Assembly (NCBI GenBank): GCA_016748015.1
Contig: JAAOMT010000703.1
Location: forward strand, 866,255 to 930,254
DNA: 64,000 nt
From: Geosiphon pyriformis uo1
Taxonomy: Eukaryota; Fungi; Glomeromycota
Direction of reading: 5' to 3'
Shown here: piece by piece, positions 53,520-64,000 of the stretch
Position numbering within the stretch: position 1 is the stretch's first letter
Layout: each line of letters opens with the position of its first letter
The notes under the pieces: model-generated
Database searches by the model: none
What the model was told of the DNA's origin: nothing
The model's input: the letters and a program-made list of their open reading frames with translations, nothing else
Translations under genes and position numbers: made by a program

Positions 53520-54193
53520 AAATAGGTGTTACCATCAATCATGTGAGACCTAAAAAAGTTGAAAATCGAAATTTATCTCTCTAAATCTGTCAAACAAATA
53601 AGATAAATTAGAAAGAATGTCTTTCAAACTTTAAAAAATTGTGCGCTGTCAAATTTTACTGTATCATTTTCCGGTAGGTTAAATATCGGAAAATACTAAA
53701 TATAGCTAGAAATTCAAGTTTTGTGCCGGGAAAATCTGACTTTTAAAATGCTTTATTATAAATTATTTAATATTTGAAAGATCAATGATCTCATTTTATT
53801 GATTCTCCCTTCAGCCTTCACAGGTAGCCAATCAATTCAATCAATTTTGCAATGTGGTTCAAAGGAGGCCTATTAATCAAATTTTTAATATCATAAAATA
53901 ATCACTAATGCATCATCATCATAACTTGTTTTTCGGGAAGGTCAAATCAAATCTGACAAACTTTTAATAGTATTCTTATGATTATTATTACTAAACCACA
54001 GAGCTCGACAAAGTCAATCGGATCATGAGAGAACACGAGCAATAAGAAATCTTTTCTCATTCATGATCCGCTTTTATTTGTTATAAAGCCCATATTCCCT
54101 CCTTCTCTCAAAAAGAATTGATCATAAAACAAAATAATTATCATTAGATAATATCTAAACCGTTCCTCCTATATACCTTTACCTATTCGCATA

Positions 54194-56124
54194 ATGTATA
54201 CACCCGTATGGGTCTTGTATGCTGTTCCACTTTTCATCATTGGATGCATTTGGACAAATTCTCGACCAAATCCTATTCTTAATAATCTATCTTCTCTGTC
54301 TTCTCTATCCCCAACCCTTCATGGCAACTTCTTACACATCACTGACCTTCACCCGGATCCTCACTATGTACCAGACGCACTAGTTCAAGCTGTTTGTCAT
54401 AAAAAGAAAGATCACACCGTACAACAGAAACCTCCTCATATGAAACATGGTAGAGCAGGTACCTGGGGTTCACCAGCTACTATTTGCGATACACCATTAT
54501 CCTTGCTCAATGCTACTTTCGACTGGCTTGCAACTAATTGGGCCGATAGGCTTGACTTTGTTATTTGGACTGGAGATAATTCTAGGTAAGACATTGTTAA
54601 TCATTAATGCATGTATCATCAAAATTTTCATTATTACCTGTCTTAACCTTTTTTGGATAAACTATCTTATCTGATGATAGACATGATAACGATGATAAAA
54701 AACCACGAAAGATAGAGGAGATCTTGGATCTCAATCGATTGGTCGCTTCCAAATTTCTTGAAACATTCTCACCCACTAAACATCGACATCCCCGAGGTCA
54801 TAAAAATTCACCACGTTTGATCCCAATTGTTCCTTCTCTTGGTAACAATGATCTTTATCCAACCAACATTATTGAAGACGGTCCCAACTATCTACTTGAT
54901 AGTTACATCAATATTTGGTCCCCTTTCATCCCAAAGTCACAAGTAGCCACTTTTCGCAAAGGTGGTTATTATTTCACCGAGGTCATTCCCGATAAATTAA
55001 TTGTAGTTTCTATCAATACTTTGTACTTTTTCGAATCAAACACTGCCGTAAGAGGATGCTCGGCCAGTGAGGAACCTGGTACCGTTGAAATGAACTGGTT
55101 GAATAAGGTGTTGCATAAAGCAGAAAAAAAAGGCATGAAGGTTTACTTGAGCGGTCATGTGTCACCATCAAAGAAACGTTGGACACTTTCATGTTGGAAT
55201 AAATATGGGAGATTAGCCCAGAGATATCATGAAATTATCTTGGGACATTTCTATGGGCACGCAAATATGGATCATTTCTACTTTCTTAAGAGCAGGAGAA
55301 GTTCAAGGATATCTTCCACTAACAAAACTCTTCAAGTTACACAACAAGATGAAATGGAAAATTTTGACGACCAACAAGAAAAGAAATTGGCTGAGTCGGA
55401 AACAGAAAACGAAAAAGTCGGAGCAAACGTATACGATGTCGACAAGTATATTCTTAAACTACTTGAACATTATAAAAACATCCCTATTCCTGACTCTATG
55501 ATGGTCAATCGATATTCGGTAATTCATGTAAACCCCTCGGTAATTCCTACCTTTTTCCCAGCTCTCAGAATATATCAATACAATACCACCCAGTTGCTTT
55601 CTGTTAAAAAAGATAAAAACCCACCTGAAGATCATGTACCTTGGGATGAAGAAGAAGATGATGATGATGATAACGAAGAGGAGGAGGAGGAAGAAGAAGA
55701 AGAAGAAGAAGGGGATAATGAGGGGAGGAAAAAAAGAAAAGATCATTCTCATGATTCTGAATCACCTGTTCACAAGAATACTTTTCTCTCAATGACTGGT
55801 TATATACAATATTTTGTCAATCTTACCAAAGCAAATCTAGAACCTCAGAAAATACCTGAATATGAAATTGAATATACCACTAAAGATGATTATCACATGG
55901 AGGATCTCACATTAAAAACTTGGCTTCAATTTGCACGTAATATTGCAAAACAGGGCCTTAAAGGGTCATTATGGAGAAAATTCCGTAATCATATAATGGT
56001 GGGAACTCGTGATGTTGTTAAAGATCGCAAGAGGGTGATTGAAAATGGAAACTGTCTCGAGAACGGAGATTGCACTCGTGTCCAAGGTCCCCTTGATTGC
56101 CTTGCAACTTTAAGTGGTACCTAG
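54194..56124 (+). CDS. PPN1: Endopolyphosphatase (calcineurin-like metallophosphoesterase); exons 54194-54585, 54681-56124
   Basis: N-terminal hydrophobic segment, FLHITDLHPDPHY, WTGDNSRHDND across the intron, SLGNND, GHV, GHANMDHF, PSVIPTFFPALRIYQYN; acidic insert. Confidence 0.92.
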
Positions 56125-58109
56125 ATTGAATTTGAGTTTGAGATTAGGCTTAGTAATGAATTTAATAGTCGAGACATAACATGGACGCTTTTAAATAGCG
56201 AAAGACAAAAATGTTTTCGACCATTACTCCTTACTTATTGATTGTGAGACTGAACCTTGATCAATTCTATTCTAATTCAATATCTTATGTATTGTACCCG
56301 TTTGAACTAAGGGCTTTTTTCAGTATCTTCATTTAACCCTTTACAACTTATCTCAACATCTTTTTCACTTGTAACGTTTCTTATTGTTCAAAATAAAAAC
56401 TCTGAGAATGAATCAAGGATATCGTCGAATCAAGTTTTGCATTTCACAAAGGTGTAATTGAAATATTTATGGTGAATTATCTTTATTCCTAATCTAAAGA
56501 TAGTATGGATGACTACTGCTTTTTCCACGAATACAACTAATAATCTGCATGCAACTAGATAAACTGAGGGGTTATTCGTGAACCCCTTATAGCTTCTCTC
56601 CTAAACGGTATGAGCACCTGCCCACATGTACAAGAAGATATTCGAGCTAAATGCCACCACCCGCCTGCTATTTCTCTTCACATATTATATTGTATGCCTT
56701 CTGACGGTTGATACAACATGCGATGTTCCGTGAACTTCTAGAAAAGTGTGCATATTTTGAAAAATGTATTCGAGACAGTGTCTATAAATAGCAACAGATG
56801 AGGATGATAATGTTGGATTAAGTTTTTATGCTTAATTCACATTTCTTTTCTTTTTTTATTGTTTTTATCTTTTTTATTCACTGCCACAAACAATCTGGAT
56901 CCAATTTAGCTACATAATTCACAAATTTTCAAAGAATGTAAATTGTCTTTTTTTGTCAAATTTATATAAATAAAATAATTTAGTAAAATTTCAAGTGGCG
57001 CAAATCAATTTACAATTATTTATTAATTGTTGAAAAAGTTATCAATTTAAAATTCATTCATGGTTTTTTTTTTTTTGAATAATAAATACTGTTTTTATTT
57101 AATTTTTGAAATCTAATTAATAATAATTATTAATCAAATCTAATATTAAAAACTATTTAAGTAAAGAAAAAACAATATAAATTTATTAAAAAAGAAAAAA
57201 TTATCAAATAAGCATTGGAAATTTTCAATAATTGTAAAATATATAAAAATAATTTTAAAAAAAAACCATCTTTTTTACAAATTTGTTTATTTTAAATACT
57301 TTTGCTTTGTTTAAACATGTTAATTCAGACTGGTTTGTTAAAGAAAAAACTCTTAATAAAGATATTATTATTATTATTATTATTATTATTTTAAAAAAAC
57401 AAAATAGTTTATTATTAAATAAAAAAGTTATATAAGAAAAAACTAAAACACAAAAAGCATAATAATAATATTTAAAAATTTTTTTAATTAAAATACTTTT
57501 TTTCTAATTTAAAACTTATAAGCTTAACAAATTAAAACTTTAAATCATTGTTTTTTAGTTTAACTTATTTTAAAATAATATACAAAATTTTATTTTATTT
57601 TTAAAAACATAAACAAGTATTTTTTTAATTTAAAATTCACAATTATGTATTTTTATATAATTAAATATATATTTATTAATAATATATGTTTTTTTATTTA
57701 TTTTATTTAAATTTTTTATAAGTTATTTGCTAAATATATTTTTAAGTAAATTGTTAATAATAACTTTTTAATAATTTTTTTATATTGTTTTATTTTAAAT
57801 TAATTTAACAATATATATTATGTTTTTAAAAATAAAATAATTAATTAATTATTATTTTATTTACTACTTTTTTTATTAAATATTATTTTAATTTTTATGC
57901 TAATTTAATTAGCTATATTTTGTGATTTTTAATGTTTTTATAAAAATTTTCTTAATAGTTATTTTTTAATTTAATAATTTAAAACCAAAACTATTAAAAA
58001 CTTTTTTTTTGGTATTTTAATAATTACAATTAGATGAAAGAGTAAAAAGTTGCAATTTTTTTATTTTTTAAAACAATTAATAATATTTTTATTAATAAAA
58101 CATTTGTAA

Positions 58110-60387
58110 AAAATACATATTATATTCTTTGTCTTCTTAATTTTATAACTACAATCAAAACAAAGAATAAAAAAGCTATAATTAATATCTTTTTTTTGGT
58201 ATTTTACAAAGTTTCAATTAAAAAAGTTTTCTTTATTATAAAAGCAGCTAAACAGAACATTTTAAAAGTCTTCTTTTTACTTAGTAATCATAAAAAACTG
58301 CTTTTAGTAGCTATTAAAACATCTTTTTCATTTTTGGCTGGTTTTTTATTTGTTAAGTTCTCTTAAAGAAACATATTTGAATTAGTCTCAGTATTGTTTT
58401 TGTTTTATCTAAGAGCCCAAAAGTTTTTAATAACAGACCAATTAACAAACTGGTCTTCTTTTTTATAACTTTTATATCTGGTGCTACTAATATTATCTTT
58501 TCAAAAAAATAATCAAAAAAACCAAAAATTCAAAAAAATAAGAGCAGTTGCTTGTCTTTGCTATTGTTATATTAAACTTTTTTGTGGTTTCTAATAAGAT
58601 CTTAAATAATATTTCTGTTGTATTATCTAGCATATTATCCAAAATGGGCTAAAATTAATTACTGACTATATTGTCAAATATGGTGTTTTTTAGTAAATTA
58701 TTACCAGTTTTAAAAGCAAAACAACTATTTTCTGTGAAGTTATCTGTTCTTAAAAACTGAACTAACCAAATAAAAACTGATTCATCTTTTTTGCTGATTT
58801 CTGGTACTGTTATTAGTGGTATTTAGAAAATTGTTTCTAGTTATCAAAGGTTTGCTGGATAAATAACCTTTATTTTGGTACCTAATATTACTTTTAAAAT
58901 AAAATTGGCTTATATTAAGATTGTTTTTCAGTCTGTATATAGTTTTTTAAATACAAAATCAATATTAAAAAACAATATAAAGCTTTTTTGTGTAGAGTTT
59001 GCTTCTCAAAAGTCTTTAAAAGCTGTTTTTTTATTTGAATTTGTAAGCTTTATTTATTTAATCACTTTTAAAATTATCAAGTTTTTGGTGATTTCTGAAT
59101 CTGGTTCTTTTTTTGCTGCTGTTGTACTGTGTAATGTGTCTTTGGTGTATTTGCTGTTAATATTAAAACAGCTTTTAATGTGTTTGGTAAGATTGTTTAT
59201 GTAGTGTTAAAACTTGCTAGCATTTGGCAATATATAGTTGTTTATTTTAAGAAACTAAACTCTGCTGTATTTGTCTTGAATTATTGATCAGTTTTAGTGG
59301 ATAAAAATAGTATTAAAAGCCTTCCTTTGGTAAATTAAAATAAGACTATTATATCTTATAATAAGTTTAAGGCCAAGTTGATTAATCTCTTTTTTGACTA
59401 TACTGTTTTTAAAATCAGTAATACAATTTTTCAAGTCGGTAATCAGATCTGTTTTATTCCTTGTTTTTCTAATTATAGTTGTCATTCCCAATTTGTTCTG
59501 ACTATATTTAGATTTCAAGTAGATTTAGATGCTGTTGTAAGCAAAACTAGTATACTAAAAAAGTACTATATTTGGTAAAAAACTTCTGATTATTAGTGTT
59601 GTTTTAAGTATTAGAAAGTAATCTATCTGGTTGTGAATTATAAAGTGTCTTTATTTTCTTCTTCCAAGACTTCCAAGATATTTACACCACATTTTGTAAG
59701 TTCTAAGTTTTATGTTAAAGCTTTTGCTCTTTTAAATTTCTCTGAATTTTTATCTCTGACAACTTCTGTTTTCTTTTTAGTTATTGTTAGTAACTTTTTG
59801 ATATTGTTTCAGTTGTCTTTTTTAGAATTTAATCTGACCAAACTTTCTGTATTGGTTAGATTAATTATTAAGTCTGTCAGCTTTTTAATTACTATATTTG
59901 AACAGTTTATTAATAATAATTTGGTTTTAAGCAGTATTTTTAGCTTTAAAATTAATAAGCTTATGATTTATCTGAAGTCTTTTAGCAAAGTTGTTGGTAT
60001 GTTAAAAAAAGAAGTAGTTTTGCTAAAAAAAAGTGCTGTATAGATAATATTAACATGTTTGATAATTCAGATCTTTCAGTTGGTATTAATAATACTATAT
60101 TTTCTAATTTGATGTTTCTTTGAATACATAAGCCTAATAGTATTAAAACTAATTCCTTAAAAATAGCTGAATAGCTGGTTGTATTGATTTTTTATAGTGT
60201 TAGATTATTTGATATAGTTCAAAAAATATCAGCTTTGGATAAATTTATTTTTATTGTAGCAATATAGTATAGTCTAAATAGATTTAAATAGCTGATTATA
60301 TGTAAAAGTACATGAATTACACTTAGTTTGTTCTAAAGTACTAGTTAATAGTTAAATCATACTTATTAAACTTAATAAAAAAAACAA
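58110..60387 (+). mobile_element. ORF1-only retroposon ('half-LINE'), copy 2, more decayed
   Basis: Same 5' end as copy 1, colinear ORF1 (VPNITFKIKLAYIKIVFQSVY..KLFCVEFASQ), LINE-type tail, poly(A), 13-bp TSD AAAACATTTGTAA (58097-58109 / 60388-60400). Confidence 0.85.
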
Positions 60388-60839
60388 AAAACATTTGTAA
60401 TTATAGAAACTACTTAACAGTTTTTTTTTAAATAAAATAATAATTAACTAATTATTTGCTAATTTAAAAACATTTTTTTTGTTTTTAATTAAAAGTTTTT
60501 TTTATTTAAAGTTTTGTTAAAAATTCCAAAAAATTTAATAAAAAATTAATAATTAAGTTACTTTTTTTTCTGTTACTTTTTTTATTATTACTTAAATAAT
60601 AATAAATTTTTTTTGGTATTTTTAATGCTAATTTTTTTGTTATAAAACCAGTCTTTTTTTAAGAAATAAAACTTTAATTTTTTTATTTTTTTGGTTTTTT
60701 TATTAATTTTGTATTATTAATATTAATAATAATACTTAGTTTTATTATAGTTGTAAATAAAAGAAATTATTCTAAATAATAATAATAGAAATATATTGGC
60801 TAATTTTGATTTAAATTAGTTTTAGTTATATTATTTAAT

Positions 60840-61181
60840 ACTATATGTTTTTTTAAAAAAAAGCTTTTTTTATATAATTTGTTATAATTTAATATTTTTT
60901 TTTGATAAACTAAAAATATATTTTGACAAACTACAAGTTATTTTTAAACTATTAATTATTTTAATAAATTATTAGATATTTTATTAAATTATTGAATATT
61001 TTAACAAATTTTTAAATATTATATAATTCGAAATATTGGATAATCTAATTATTATAATTAATTATATTATACAAATTGGTTTATTAATTAAATAATAATT
61101 TTTAATAATTTGGTAAAATAATAATAAAAGTTATAAAAATAATTTTATGTTAATTAATAACTTAAATTTCTACTAATAACA
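60840..61181 (-). repeat. Decayed LTR-A 5' portion
   Basis: Reverse complement begins TGTTATTAG.. and follows LTR-A U3 to the TATA region. Confidence 0.65.
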
Positions 61182-61545
61182 ACATAAATATGTTTTTTAA
61201 TTATTAAAAATTGATTAAATTTAATAATTAAATCTTTTTATATAATTAAACAAGTTTTTTTATTTTATATATAATTATTAATTATTTAGTTTATATTAAA
61301 AATTAAAATCAAAAAAATTATGTATAAATAAAAATCATGCAAAATAACAACAATTTTAAAAAATACAAATTTAATTCTAATATAATATAAAAACGGTTTT
61401 TTATTTACTTAATTTTATTACAACACAATTTAAATTAAGCTTTTATATAAATACAAAATACAAAATAAATTAGATTAAAAAAAAGTGTTTTTATTTTTGC
61501 TATAAAAAAAAATTTATTATTTATTATTATATAAAATAAAAAACC

Positions 61546-64000
61546 ATTTTTTTTATTAATGCTTAACAAGCAAAGTCCAAATACTACTTAGAACTATACA
61601 TCAAAGAAATAATCTAAACTAAGCATGAATCATGCACTTACTACACATGACCAGCCACTCAAACCAGTCAGGACAACACTATGCAATTATATTAAACAAA
61701 ACCAAGATACCAATACCTGAAAAAAACAAACAAGATTTGCAAAAGCCAAACTGGACACCAAAAGTCTCAGAAATCCCAAGCAATTTAACCACACCAGCCA
61801 AAAACTTTAAAGCTAAGTCAAAAACTGAGATAAAAGCTGAACCATCTATTGGGATCAGCCTGTTTTTCTATAAAGGCACAATGCTTAGCACAAATCAACC
61901 AAATGTCATCTCTAAAAGCAAGACAAAGAGAGTGCACAAACTCAACAACTTTAATCCTAGCAACTTTGGGATTATAAAAGACAGAAACAGCCTCCAAAAA
62001 CCACTCATTGAAAACAAAACCCTTGAAAAAAGCTAATAACACCAAAAAATCCAAAGCACAGGCTGACAACAGCTGCAAAACACTTAAAAAAAAAAAAGAA
62101 TAACCAGAAAGTTCTTTTCAAGAGAACGCACAGGACTCCAAAATCTTGTGACGAGCAAAAATATTGATTATACAAGAAAACACATGATCAGACATCTCCA
62201 CTTTCTCACAATACAAGCATAGAATACTGTGATAACATTTGTCATAGAAACATTTTCAAACAGCTATGAGAAGCTGATAGTGCAAAGGCTTTATAAAGTA
62301 AGTACAAGTATCAGCAGTGCGCCTGCTTGTAAAACCCATGACCATATGTGAATTAGAGTGCCATACCCAAGAAGAGCTGAGCCAATTGACATTTGAAAGC
62401 AAACCACCTGCCAGAAAACCAGAACCAGAATCAACCTCCCAATACGCATAACAGACAGCATGAAACACATCCCAAACAAAGTGCCTAGAATTACTAGAAA
62501 CTGTATCACCATCAGCCACCAAAAAATGTTCACCAATACAAGAAGAAAGAAACCACCCAGAGAGAGAAGCAGTGTCAGTGAAACTGTCAGCACAATTATT
62601 CCCCAAAATGCCAAAGTGGCTCTTGACCTTGCACCAGGTGACCTCTAAGTTTTTGCTGCGAATAATATTACTGATATGCCAATGTTTGACTCAACACTGA
62701 TTGTAAAAGTCAGGATACATCAGATTTAGCTCCGATTTACAAGCATCCAAAGCAGCTTAACTATCTGAAAACAAGCAAACAGAGCAAGACATGAGTATAT
62801 ACTTTAGGGCCAAGACAATAGCCTGTAACTCTGCCAAAGTAAATGATACCAAACTGTGAACACTAACACCCAAACCTAAATTAATGTCCTTAAAAAAGGC
62901 AGCAGCACCAGCCCAACAACCAATTGTGCCTAAATTCTTAAGAGAACTATCCGTATAAACAGACAGACTATCAGAGCCAACCTGAAAAAGACAATCACAG
63001 ACAGACACAAAATCACTGAACTCACAAATGTTCAGAGGGCCAACACTACCCAAAGCTGGAGGAGAGATGGGTGGACCAATGAGAAATACAACAGAGAGCT
63101 TGAACCAATCAGGGACTGGCTCATGAGGGTCCAGTTTTTTCCACCACTTAAAAATGCACCAGTTAAAGACATCACCATGATGATCACAAAGCTGATCTAC
63201 AAAAGCAATGCCATAATGCCAGAGAGAAGGCAAAAACTTGAAAAACAAAGACTCATCCAGAATAGTAAACATAGACACCCTATCACGAAGTCAAAAAAAG
63301 CTGGCCAAAGAGCCACCTAAAGACAAATTGCAGTCATAAAGAATGCGAACTATACCTGACAAAAAATTATTGGAAGCACTAACATAAATATGAGCAGAAA
63401 AACTCAATGGATGGAGGGGGTGTCAACACAGAACTTGCAAGTTATGAGACCTGTGGCTGAACAAAAGACCTAGAATTCCACCAGAGTTTGCAAAGCTGAT
63501 AAGTAAAGCAAGCTTACTCTCAGACTGACATTGTAAAAAAGACTTAAAACCATAAAAGAAAAGATAATAAATTGTATCACCAGAGAAATCAAGCAGAAAA
63601 CCAGATTTCAGCTTTAAGCTTTTGTGAATTAAAGCATCTCACTTGTTGCAAACACTAATAGAAACAAAGCTAAACTGTGTTTTATAGCCAACTATAGAAT
63701 GGAAAACCACCAAAACCAAATACAAGAACTGCTTATCTGACACAGCCTTTTTTAGGATTAAATTAGTGAAGAAGCAAATGTCTGAATGTGCTTTAGTCAA
63801 GCTAGACTTAGAAAAACCCTCAGTCAACAGAAAGATACCAAGATATTGATAAGATTCTTCTTTATGGACTACAAAAATGGGCAAACCACTGATAAAAAGA
63901 GATGGGTAACTGACTCTGCTATTGATGGGAATGACCACAGTTTTGTCATTATTGATCAAAATGTCATTAATCTGGAAAAATTCACTAGCAACATTAAGAA
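61546..64000 (-). mobile_element. LINE 3' part (RT end, RNase H, CCHC, 3' tail); continues beyond window
   Basis: INNDKTVVIPIN, YLGIFL, VYTDSSL..AELQAI..FSDS; homologous to 31130-33586. Confidence 0.92.

Overview
Very AT-rich eukaryotic (fungal) DNA. The intron style, codon usage and TE content fit a Glomeromycotina fungus; the TE proteins resemble those of Geosiphon pyriformis, but that identification is from memory. Two CpG-retaining gene islands sit in large fields of nested, decaying transposons. Island 1 (~34.6-46.2 kb) holds an Hrp1/Musashi-like RRM gene, a delta-12 fatty acid desaturase, DBP10 and a 28S rRNA fragment. Island 2 (~52.7-57.0 kb) holds the endopolyphosphatase PPN1. The TE fields contain a pogo/Tigger element, two Ty3/Gypsy families, APE-RT-RNaseH LINEs, and an ORF1-only 'half-LINE' family. 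One near-complete Gypsy copy has gag, protease, an unexplained Cys-rich domain, dUTPase, RT, RH, integrase and an extra ORF3. Main findings: (1) three copies of a non-autonomous ORF1-only retroposon sharing a structured 3' tail with the autonomous LINE; the two full-length ~2.25-kb copies have poly(A) and TSDs (HAL1-like, not known to me from fungi). (2) Repeat-restricted C>T/G>A erosion in CpG and non-CpG contexts turns TEs into near-pure AT tracts, with surviving CpGs almost only in YCGR/TCGA context. (3) The Gypsy element carries unusual cargo and architecture. All counts were made by eye.
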